IMG/VR virus record: IMGVR_UViG_3300032516_000007
Coordinates: 51,042 to 115,041 of that record
DNA length: 64,000 bases
DNA from: a virus
Strand: one strand, 5' to 3'
Of this stretch, positions 36,960-45,488 are shown one piece after another. The translations under genes were made by a program, and so were the position numbers. The notes under the pieces were generated by a model. That model did no database searches and was not told the origin of the DNA. It worked only from the letters and a program-made list of their open reading frames with translations. How positions within the stretch are numbered: position 1 is the first letter of the stretch; the number at the start of each line of letters is the position of its first letter.

Positions 36960-39530
36960 ATGGCAAGGTCCGTCACATTCAATGGAATGACCCAGTTTCG
37001 GCCAGGTGGACTCACCAAGGTCGATGCGAGTGCTCTTGCTCAGATCAGTTTGGCGACCAATGGCATCATCGGTCTGATCGGTGAGGCTGATGGTGGGGAA
37101 CCGGGGGTGGTGGTCACCCTTGATGATCCTGCTTTGGCTAAGTCGGCTTTCCGCAGTGGCCCCTTGGCAGATGCCATTCGGGTGGTGTTCGATCCCTCAA
37201 ATGATCCTCGAGTTCCCGGAGGGGCTTTTCGATGCCTCTGTGTGAAGGCCAATCAGGGAACTCAGGCATCCCTGGTTCAGTACAACAAGATCGGAGCAGA
37301 TACGGCTGCGGCTGGTTCTACAACCACGCTCATCAACCTGACCACAGGTGCATTGGTTGCCAGTGAGATGATCGGAAACATCCTTCGGATTGGTGCGGAG
37401 GATAGACCCATCACTGCCAACGCAGTGGCTACGATCACGGTGTCTCCTGCGTTCTCAGCAGCTCCTCTGACAGGAACTGCATTGACCATCTTGGCTCCTG
37501 TGGCGACGGTCAAGTCTAGAGACTACGGACTGCACACGAATCAGATTCAACATGAGTACGAGCCTGGCGCGTCTTCGGGTCAGGCGTGGACTACCATGTT
37601 TGACAAGGTGGCTCAGATTGGGGAGGACATCGGTGGGAAGTCCTATCTCCAACTGGAGTACATTGGTCAGTCTGCTCGCGTGGTGACTGCTTCTGGAACT
37701 GCCTCAGGTGGTTCTGGAACCACCATTGTGGATGCCACAGCCACTTTCACAGGGATGATCAATTTCTTTGTGGAGATCACTTTGGCTGGTGTGATCAACC
37801 TTAGGAAGATCTCACTTACCACTCCAGCTACGACTCTGACTGTTTTGGCAATGAGTGGTACTCCTGTGGCAGAAGCGTACAGCGTCAGGAAGGGCCAAGT
37901 CCGAAACGGAACTGCCACGGCTGGTGGTGCTTCTACGATCACTTTGGAAGTTGCTCTCAACCTGGCTCTCAATGACATGGCTGGGCTGATTGTGGTCATC
38001 ACTGGTGGTACTGGTTCTGGTCAACGACGGTCCATCACTTCCAATACGGCTGGTGTGAGTTCAGTTCTCACGGTAGATCAGCCTTGGACTACCACTCCTG
38101 ATCTCACCTCCACCTATGAGATTCGCTATGCAACAGCGGCTAAGGCGACTCTTGCAGGATCACTAGGGAAGGCAACATCTCTCAAGACCTACGTGGCAGT
38201 TAACGGTGCCGTGTCAGGTCTTGACAAGACCTTCACGTTTGCCACCAACCAGACATTGGAAGAGCTAGTCGCAGCTATCAACGCCAACGTGGACTACAAG
38301 GCAACTGTCCCTGGTGGGATCAATGGCAATACCTTCTTGGTGAAGGATTTTGACTTTGATCTTGGGGATGTGGATGTGGACATTCGCAGCGACAAGGATG
38401 CAGTGGCCACTCCTCCTACTCCCACTGCCAATGTCCCTGTTCCATGGGCCAACAATTTCCGTGCTGATCTGTGGGTGATGATCCGGGACATCAACGAGAG
38501 GAATCAGAATGTCATTGCCACTCGTGCCTCTGGAATCAGCAAGGGAGCTGGCCAGGGTCGTCCCGAGTTCACTGGTGGCAGCATCGGAAACCCAGGGGAC
38601 ACCTTCAAGTACCTCACAGGTGGAACGAGGGGGACCAGTGCCAACTCCAATTGGCAGGATGCCTTTGATCTGTTGCTCAAGCAACGATGCAACTTCGTGA
38701 TTCCCCTCATCGTCCGTGATCTTGTTGAGGAGGACCTTGGATCAACGGCTACCTGGTCCTCAGTGTCTGCCCAGCTTTCAGCACACGTCAAGGCTGCCAA
38801 CGGGATCGAGAAGACAGAGCGTGGTGGTGTCATTGGGTATCGTGGCACCAAGACCAATCTGATCTTGAAAGCCAATGCCCTCAACAACACGGACATCCAG
38901 ATCGTCTCTCAGAAGCCCATGTGTCTGGATGTGGGGGGCACCCTGAAGGTGATGGATGAGTGGGCCATGGCAGCTCTGGCCGTGGGCATGCGAGCTGGAA
39001 TGCCTGAGGTGGGTGAGCCTCTGACCCACAAGTACCCCAAGACCACAGAGATTGCCCAGGACAGCAGTTGGGACCCCTCGGAGAGGACGGATGCCAACCA
39101 GTTCATCCAGGCTGGTATCCTCTTCGCGGAGACGATCAAGGGCAAGGGCATTCGCTGGGTGCGGGACATCACCACGCATGTTCAGGATGACAACCTTGCC
39201 TACATGGAGGGAAGCGTTCGTGATGTGGTTCGCTTCGTGTCCTATGGTCTTCGCACTCTACTGGAAGATCGATTCACGGGCGTCAAGGCCACCCCCACCA
39301 ATGCCACAGGCATCAAGGACACAGCTTCGGAATACCTGGAGCTGGCTCGGTCCCAAAACCTCATCGTGGACAGCACTGACGAGAGAGGTGCTGTCATCAA
39401 GGCATTCCACAATCTGCGGGTGAAGATCAGCGGAGACGTTGCAACCATCCGAGTAGAGATCTTCCCTGTGGTTGGGATCAATTTCCAACTCAATGAAATA
39501 TTCTTGCAGCTACCAACACAGGCTGCATAA
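36960..39530 (+). CDS. contractile tail sheath protein
   Basis: VTFNG..QFRPG, IIGLIGEADGGEPG, FRSGPLADAI, GEPLTHK, IRWVRDITT, PVVGINF. Confidence 0.9.
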   Translation: MARSVTFNGMTQFRPGGLTKVDASALAQISLATNGIIGLIGEADGGEPGVVVTLDDPALAKSAFRSGPLADAIRVVFDPSNDPRVPGGAFRCLCVKANQGTQASLVQYNKIGADTAAAGSTTTLINLTTGALVASEMIGNILRIGAEDRPITANAVATITVSPAFSAAPLTGTALTILAPVATVKSRDYGLHTNQIQHEYEPGASSGQAWTTMFDKVAQIGEDIGGKSYLQLEYIGQSARVVTASGTASGGSGTTIVDATATFTGMINFFVEITLAGVINLRKISLTTPATTLTVLAMSGTPVAEAYSVRKGQVRNGTATAGGASTITLEVALNLALNDMAGLIVVITGGTGSGQRRSITSNTAGVSSVLTVDQPWTTTPDLTSTYEIRYATAAKATLAGSLGKATSLKTYVAVNGAVSGLDKTFTFATNQTLEELVAAINANVDYKATVPGGINGNTFLVKDFDFDLGDVDVDIRSDKDAVATPPTPTANVPVPWANNFRADLWVMIRDINERNQNVIATRASGISKGAGQGRPEFTGGSIGNPGDTFKYLTGGTRGTSANSNWQDAFDLLLKQRCNFVIPLIVRDLVEEDLGSTATWSSVSAQLSAHVKAANGIEKTERGGVIGYRGTKTNLILKANALNNTDIQIVSQKPMCLDVGGTLKVMDEWAMAALAVGMRAGMPEVGEPLTHKYPKTTEIAQDSSWDPSERTDANQFIQAGILFAETIKGKGIRWVRDITTHVQDDNLAYMEGSVRDVVRFVSYGLRTLLEDRFTGVKATPTNATGIKDTASEYLELARSQNLIVDSTDERGAVIKAFHNLRVKISGDVATIRVEIFPVVGINFQLNEIFLQLPTQAA

Positions 39531-39588
39531 GAAATTAGCTACCGACGCAGGCAGCGTAGTTAGCTAGAAACCAAAAGGAGAAGAAGTC

Positions 39589-40659
39589 ATGGCAATCGCG
39601 ATTCCGGCTCTGATCGATACTCAACTGACTGCGTTTCGAACCTCGATGCAACCAAAGCAGGATTCTGTCACGAAGACTGAATCCTTCGTGGTGGCCCCAG
39701 GAGTGCTTGGCAACCGAGCTGCTGATCTTCTGGACATCCTCGCGAATCTGGTTGATGTCACGGGTCTGGTGACGACTGGCACCCATGTGGCTGCTGATGC
39801 AGCCAATGGTGTGTCATCGCCAACCGCAACCAACCAGGCCACCGCAGACACGATGGCTGATGAGATGAAGGGTGACTACAATGCCCACCGTGTTGTGACC
39901 CCTGCGGTCCATGGGGCAGCGGACGCCACCAATGTGGTGACAGCTCTGGGCAGTGATGGGAGCGAGGCCAGGCTGGTTCTGCTGGCCAACGACATTCGAG
40001 TCCAGGTGCTTGCTCACATGGCTCGTGTGACCACTGCTACGCATGGTGTGGCTGATCCAAATGTGGTCACGGTGGCAGCCTGTACCAACACTGCGACGGC
40101 AGTCACTCTCATGAATCACCTGAAGCTGATCTACAATGCTCACATCGCGAACATCAACGGTGTGAGTGCCACTGGCGTTGCTGATCTTGGTGCCTACACG
40201 GGGGTGAATGCTCTCGTGGGAGCCAAGGTGACGTTCACGGGGAACATCACGACAGCTTTGACTGGGAAGTACGCCTTTGTGATCTCCAACACGACGGGCG
40301 TTCTTTACTTCGCTCCTGGATCACTTCCCGCCTCGCCCAGAACTGGTGACACCTATTCGGTGGAGTTCGCAGCCATCGATAAGGATCTGGCGGCACTGAG
40401 GGGTGGCAAGGGTCTTGGGGACAGCGCATCGAATCCCTACGGTCCTGGTCCCTCGCTCATCAACGCTCTGATGGTCATGATCGCCCAGCTTGGGGGAGCG
40501 GTTCCCTCCTACCTGACTGCCGTGGCAGCTCAGCCGTTCGGGATTGGGAGTCCCCATGCAGCCAACCCGTCGGGTCGTGGGTCAGCAGCCATGATCCTCA
40601 TGGCTGAGGCCATGCTGGCGGCTAGAGACACGGTGGCTGCCTACACCAAGCCTGCGTAG
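39589..40659 (+). CDS. virion structural protein with His-pair repeats
   Basis: YNAHR..VHGAADATN repeats shared with the 24037..26052 protein; AAGGAG RBS. Confidence 0.65.
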   Translation: MAIAIPALIDTQLTAFRTSMQPKQDSVTKTESFVVAPGVLGNRAADLLDILANLVDVTGLVTTGTHVAADAANGVSSPTATNQATADTMADEMKGDYNAHRVVTPAVHGAADATNVVTALGSDGSEARLVLLANDIRVQVLAHMARVTTATHGVADPNVVTVAACTNTATAVTLMNHLKLIYNAHIANINGVSATGVADLGAYTGVNALVGAKVTFTGNITTALTGKYAFVISNTTGVLYFAPGSLPASPRTGDTYSVEFAAIDKDLAALRGGKGLGDSASNPYGPGPSLINALMVMIAQLGGAVPSYLTAVAAQPFGIGSPHAANPSGRGSAAMILMAEAMLAARDTVAAYTKPA

Positions 40660-40699
40660 TTCCTGATAAACTTCAAGCTGATACTCTTTGTTCGCCAGC

Positions 40700-40729
40700 T
40701 TGACAGTGGTTCTAGAACTAACGTAGACT
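40700..40729 (+). promoter_or_regulatory. sigma70-type promoter with TTCTAGAA in the spacer
   Basis: TTGACA-18 nt-TAGACT upstream of the tail tube gene. Confidence 0.65.
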
Positions 40730-40761
40730 CGATCTACCTGTTGTCCACCAGGCCACAGGCT

Positions 40762-40801
40762 TGGCCCCCCAGCGGTCCTCGACTTCTGGGGGGCCATCTT
40801 T
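40762..40801 (+). terminator. terminator-like hairpin in the tail tube leader
   Basis: 11-bp perfect stem TGGCCCCCCAG/CTGGGGGGCCA followed by TCTTT. Confidence 0.5.
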
Positions 40802-40904
40802 CCAGAAACGTGCTCTGGTTCTGACCAGACCTCACGGTCAACCTTCGGCACGTTCGAAGTTCACAGATCGAAATCAACAACAACTTTGAATAGGAGCTAC
40901 GTTC

Positions 40905-41035
40905 ATGCCGATCATCGCACCAGATCAATCCAACGTGAAGGGTCCCGGTCAGGTCTTCACAGGTCCACGAGCCCTCTTCAAGATCGGAAAAGATCCCGTG
41001 GGCTACGCTGGCAATGTCTCTGGTGAGGAAACCAT
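40905..41035 (+). CDS. tail tube protein, exon 1
   Basis: AGGAG RBS; MPIIAPDQ...VFTGPRALFKIG..VGYAGNVSGEET; stops at TAA just inside the intron if unspliced. Confidence 0.8.
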
Positions 41036-42041
41036 CAAGTAAGGTGGCCCAGGAGAGAGATCTCTTGAGGAGAACCGCGTGAATTGCTGGAACCCTACAG
41101 TGTGTGGCAACACCATGGGAATCAGCAGCCAAGCTCCTGGGGAAACCTGGGAGAAGGTTCAACGACTACCCGATGGGGAAGTCTTAGTAGAGGGCTCTAT
41201 GAGTCCATCGAAGCTGTACGAAAAGTTGACGCGACATGAGCTTCGCTCAGCAGTGATCGGAATGACCTTGGGTGATTTCAATCTTCAACTCCATGGTGTG
41301 AATGTGAGAGCACAAACCTCACATTCGCCCAACGTGCGTGATTATGTGGAGCTGAAAGGAACCATCCTGAGGCAGATTCCGGGTCTTGGATACTCTTTCA
41401 AGGATGTGGTTCAGGTGAATCGCAAGCTTGGCAAGAGTTATCCTCAGATCAAGATCTGGACCACCACTCATCCATTTCTAACCAAGATCAGAGAGAGGAT
41501 GTACAGACCTGAGAAGCAGCTCAATAAAGGGCTTCTGGAAAGTCTTACTCCTCTTGGTCTGGCCTTGTGGTTCATGGATGATGGTCACTTGTCCCTTCAT
41601 CATAATGTGAAGAGATACAGTACCGACACAGATCGATCACCTTCCGAGAGAAGCATCAGTTCGAGACCATTGATCATGAATACTCATTCATTCTCAGAGG
41701 AAGAGAATGAAGTGATCTGTTCATGGTTGATGTCTAGATGGGGTATCGAAAGCCAAGTGAAGTGGTCTAAAGGATTCTTCGTGTATATGAACACGGAGAA
41801 TGCACGCAGGTTCGTGGACATTGTTCGTCCTTACGTTCTTGCTGTGCCTTCGATGCACTACAAGATCAACTTTAAGTACAAGAATGCTTCCCCAGAACTC
41901 CTTCGGTTCAATATTGAATACTGGACCATGGAGGAAGGGCACGAGCGCGCGGCATCCTGTGTGCGACAGGATGGTGATATAGTCTGAGCCTCTGGGAAAC
42001 CAGAGGAAGTGGAGTCTAAACAACTCCACGGTAACAAGCTG
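41036..42041 (+). mobile_element. group I self-splicing intron (1006 nt)
   Basis: P1 CCAU|C-AAGUAA-GGUGG with U.G at the splice site; P3 CCGCGU/GCGCGG; P GAAUUGCUGG; Q AAUCAGCAG; R GUUCAACGACUA; S GAUAUAGUC; P8, P9 GAAA tetraloop; terminal G. Confidence 0.9.
41199..41987 (+). CDS. intron-encoded LAGLIDADG homing endonuclease
   Basis: SAVIGMTLGDFNL and PLGLALWFMDDGHL motifs, HSFSEEE; lies between R and the 3' strand of P3; its stop follows S directly. Confidence 0.85.
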   Translation: MSPSKLYEKLTRHELRSAVIGMTLGDFNLQLHGVNVRAQTSHSPNVRDYVELKGTILRQIPGLGYSFKDVVQVNRKLGKSYPQIKIWTTTHPFLTKIRERMYRPEKQLNKGLLESLTPLGLALWFMDDGHLSLHHNVKRYSTDTDRSPSERSISSRPLIMNTHSFSEEENEVICSWLMSRWGIESQVKWSKGFFVYMNTENARRFVDIVRPYVLAVPSMHYKINFKYKNASPELLRFNIEYWTMEEGHERAASCVRQDGDIV

Positions 42042-42375
42042 CGATTACGAGCCAGTTGACTGCCTTGATCTTCTGGAAGTGAAGGAGCATGTGCCAGTGG
42101 CATATCGCTGCTCCCTCAATGCCACGGTGTTTCGGATCATTGGGCAGTCGCTCAAGAAGGTGGGAATCTTCCCCACGATCCAAAGCATCATCACCGCTGA
42201 GTCACTGACAGCTTCCATCGAAGATGCCAAGCCCGTTGAGGGTGGACGTAGGACCATGGCGTTCTTCCAGGGCGTGCGGGCCAGTGGCCATTCTTGGGAT
42301 GTCACATCTCGAGGACTGACTGCTGACAACGTGACCTTTGTCGCGATCAGAGTCGAGGATGAGTCAGAACGGTAA
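42042..42375 (+). CDS. tail tube protein, exon 2
   Basis: Splicing gives AT|C GAT = EETI-DYEPVDCLDLLEVKEHVPVAY; 154 aa product at the tube position after the sheath. Confidence 0.8.
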
Positions 42376-42430
42376 CCCAGTGAAATCATTGGGTTAAGTA
42401 GAGGTCTGGTGGAAAACAGGAGAAGATCAG

Positions 42431-42922
42431 ATGGATCAAGGAATGATGACCGCAGTACCCATGCCTCGGATTTTGGATTTCTTCATCAAGCACACGACCC
42501 ATGATGGGAGAGTGCTCGAGGGAACCTTCACCACCAAGAAGCTCAGCATCAAAGGCATGGCTGGGATTCAGGTTCGCAAGGTTCAGCTCAACGGAGGCTA
42601 CTACTTCGATGAGAAGAAGCCTGGGATGGGGATTGATGAGGAGACGGACTGGACCAACTACATGATTGCTCATCTTGAGCAATCATTGATCAGAAAGCCC
42701 ACGTGGTGGAACCTGGATGAGCTTGATGACCTTGATCTCATCCTATCTGTGTTCAAGAAGGTCGCTACGTTCGAGAACTCATTTGCCTCCCCTCTCCGAG
42801 GAGCCGCTGTCATTGTTCAAGGCAGCCCGGTTGATAGCGGCGGCTCGAGTGAAGGATCCGGGGCTGCTGGACGTGTTGCGGCGGTGGGTGGAGGACAAGT
42901 TCAAGCTTCCCTGGACCCATGA
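42431..42922 (+). CDS. tail assembly chaperone (G-like)
   Basis: Between tube and tape measure genes; KPTWWNLDELDD...VATFENSF. Confidence 0.7.
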   Translation: MDQGMMTAVPMPRILDFFIKHTTHDGRVLEGTFTTKKLSIKGMAGIQVRKVQLNGGYYFDEKKPGMGIDEETDWTNYMIAHLEQSLIRKPTWWNLDELDDLDLILSVFKKVATFENSFASPLRGAAVIVQGSPVDSGGSSEGSGAAGRVAAVGGGQVQASLDP

Positions 42923-43220
42923 GGCTATCCAAAGTCAGACGCTTCTAGAACTACTGACTTCGTACTGGGAGGATTACTACGAGGAACACAGGCTCGAAGC
43001 CAGTCGAGATGAGAAGGGTGAGGTCACTTTTGGTACTGGTGATCCTTACATCGATAAGTGGGAACAAGAGATAGCTATGGGTCTCGAACCTGATCTTCTG
43101 GAGGACTTGCCATCCTGGCATCGCGATAAAGCAAACCCCAAAGAAGAGAAATCAGAAGATCAGAGTGATGTCTCCAAGGATGGCTTCAAGGACGACTACA
43201 GCCGGTTGGCCTCTGGTTGA
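42780..43220 (+). CDS. tail assembly chaperone T-like frame (probable frameshift extension)
   Basis: +1 frame overlapping the previous ORF; LRRWVEDKFKLPWTH...TLLELL..YWEDYY; start coordinate approximate. Confidence 0.55.
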   Translation, partial: HLPPLSEEPLSLFKAARLIAAARVKDPGLLDVLRRWVEDKFKLPWTHEAIQSQTLLELLTSYWEDYYEEHRLEASRDEKGEVTFGTGDPYIDKWEQEIAMGLEPDLLEDLPSWHRDKANPKEEKSEDQSDVSKDGFKDDYSRLASG

Positions 43221-43235
43221 CGGAGCGTAGCCCTA

Positions 43236-45473
43236 ATGCCCAGTGCAGATGACAAAGTAGTCCTCAGTCTTCAAATAGAAGTTGCTGACGCAGCAAAAGA
43301 GATCAAAAAAGTCAAAGCTCAATTGGAGGAAGTTCGCCGAATTGAGGGGCGAACTAAAACCAATGAGACGAGAGATCTTCGCACCAGGCAAAGGACTGCT
43401 GAAACTGATCATAAGACTAAACTGAGGAATCTGAAGGATCTTGAGGCTCTTCGTAAGAAGGGATTAGGAAGTGTTGCAGGAATTACTAAAGAACATGGGA
43501 AGCAAAATGTCCTATTGAAGTCTTTGGATTCAATTCAGACACGAATCCAAACTAAATACCAAAAGTGGTTGAAGCAAAACCAACAGTGGGGACCTGCTGG
43601 TGTTGTGGCGAAGCCTGCTCTTCGTGCAGGACGTGCAGCTTTTAATGTTGGATCTACAGTTGTTTCAGGGCTTCTGGGGATGCTTATTGGGGGTATCCAG
43701 CAGGGCTATCAGACTCATCTTCAGGTGGGTCAGGCCATGGCTCCTCTTGCAGGGATGGGGGCTCGGCCTGGGCAGATAGGAATCGGAAAAGGAATAGGGA
43801 TGGGATATGGCCCATCTCAAACCTATCGGCATGCCGCTGGTGTGGGACGGGCAACTGGAGACCCTGGAGCGGTTACGCTGGCCCAGCAGTTTGCCATGGG
43901 TGGGGGTGGAATGGATGTTGGAGAAGCTACTGGGATCATGGGTAGCCTTCGCCAAGCTGGGGTGGGTTTTTCGGGGAAGGAAAATCAAGAGTCTGCTGCC
44001 AAGCTCCTGGGCCAGATGGTTGAGGGTGGGATCATTACTGGTCTGGAGAAAGCTCGTCTCCCTGAATATCTAAAGGGGGTCGCATCCATGGCTCAGACCA
44101 TGGGTGGGCGACAGACGGGCAAAGTGGATGTGGGTTCCATTGCCAACACGTTGTCCTACCTGGGTCGGATTCCGGGTATGCAAGGTCAACGTGGTGTGAA
44201 TCTCATGCAAACCCTAGATCAGTCGATTCGATCTCCCGGAGGAGGCGAGGCTGGTCAACAGGTAATGCTGCAAGCTTTTGGTTTTGGAAAGCCAGGTGGG
44301 GAGACTTCCTATTACGATGCTATGAAGCGTCAGCAGCGAGGGGCTCAAGGGGCTGGTGGTGCCCAAAATATCATGGATGTGTTCAAGGAACTCTACTCTC
44401 AGTATGGGGTGGTCGGAGGAGGAGGATCAACTCAGCAGCAACAAGAAGCAAACCTCGCGATCAATACTGCAATGCCAGGTTTGAACCTCGATATGATCGA
44501 GGGAATTGGGGACATGATCAATAACGGTGAGAATCAGGAGGAAATCCTCAAGAAGATCGCAGAGGCGACCAAGGCATTCAAACCCATTGAAGATCGAGTG
44601 GTAGATGCTATCAATGAAGGTTTCTCTAGTGTAGCAAAGCGAATAGCTGGTCAAGAGGCCAAAAGTGCAGGAATAGGAGCTAAAGCAGCCAAGTTAGTTG
44701 AGGATGTACAGGATTTACAGTATAAGATTTTGCAAGAGCTTGTCAAGATTATGAAGGAAAACCTACCTGAGATCAAACTAGTTTTGGGTGTAATATCAGA
44801 TACAATTACTAGTTGGCTCGGTGGGAGGGGGGAAAAAAATAAAGTTAGTGCTAAAAGTCCAGCTTCAATTGCTGCTGCTGCTCATCTTGCTCTTCCGATC
44901 GAGGGTGAAACACAGCAGGAAACGTTGATGAGGCAAAGAGGGAATGTTGGAAAGCTTAAGGCATTCCGTAAACAGGTATCCGGTGCTCTTCCGGGATCAA
45001 TTTCAGGTGAGATGCTCAAAGAGGCATTAAGCACCGTATTTGGCGGTGAGAAGGCTATTGAGAAGTTTGGTGATGTTGCTCGCATGTCATCTGAGAGAAA
45101 GAAGAATTTACTACTTGGAGCTATTGATAAGATGATCACTGAGGAGGAGGGAATTCCATCACTTAAGAAACTGGCTCCCTACATCATCAAAGGTAAACAC
45201 GATCCTAATGCTCCAATGCAAGCAGCCCCAGGGGTAGGAGATATTCCCACATGGCAAAAGGACATAACAAAGGGTGAAAAGACTAAGGGTTCGGACATTG
45301 CTGCGGCGGCAACAAGAGCTGGATCGTTTTTTGGAGCATCTGTTGCAGTTCCTGTTACTGGTCCTGCTACTTCTAAAAAGGTTACAGTTCCGGTTGAGTT
45401 CACTATACAATCCGCGAATCCATCCATAAATCCAGCTCAACCAGGTGGTGGTGCTAGCCCACTAAAGCCATAA
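43236..45473 (+). CDS. tape measure protein
   Basis: 745 aa, helical and G/A/Q-rich with an internal hydrophobic stretch; synteny. Confidence 0.75.
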   Translation: MPSADDKVVLSLQIEVADAAKEIKKVKAQLEEVRRIEGRTKTNETRDLRTRQRTAETDHKTKLRNLKDLEALRKKGLGSVAGITKEHGKQNVLLKSLDSIQTRIQTKYQKWLKQNQQWGPAGVVAKPALRAGRAAFNVGSTVVSGLLGMLIGGIQQGYQTHLQVGQAMAPLAGMGARPGQIGIGKGIGMGYGPSQTYRHAAGVGRATGDPGAVTLAQQFAMGGGGMDVGEATGIMGSLRQAGVGFSGKENQESAAKLLGQMVEGGIITGLEKARLPEYLKGVASMAQTMGGRQTGKVDVGSIANTLSYLGRIPGMQGQRGVNLMQTLDQSIRSPGGGEAGQQVMLQAFGFGKPGGETSYYDAMKRQQRGAQGAGGAQNIMDVFKELYSQYGVVGGGGSTQQQQEANLAINTAMPGLNLDMIEGIGDMINNGENQEEILKKIAEATKAFKPIEDRVVDAINEGFSSVAKRIAGQEAKSAGIGAKAAKLVEDVQDLQYKILQELVKIMKENLPEIKLVLGVISDTITSWLGGRGEKNKVSAKSPASIAAAAHLALPIEGETQQETLMRQRGNVGKLKAFRKQVSGALPGSISGEMLKEALSTVFGGEKAIEKFGDVARMSSERKKNLLLGAIDKMITEEEGIPSLKKLAPYIIKGKHDPNAPMQAAPGVGDIPTWQKDITKGEKTKGSDIAAAATRAGSFFGASVAVPVTGPATSKKVTVPVEFTIQSANPSINPAQPGGGASPLKP

Positions 45474-45488
45474 ATAGGAAGATAATCA

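Noticed and set aside
41079-41198. GTG start of the 302-aa endonuclease ORF
   Set aside because: This stretch is the ribozyme core (P3-P7); ATG 41199 after the R element is more plausible.
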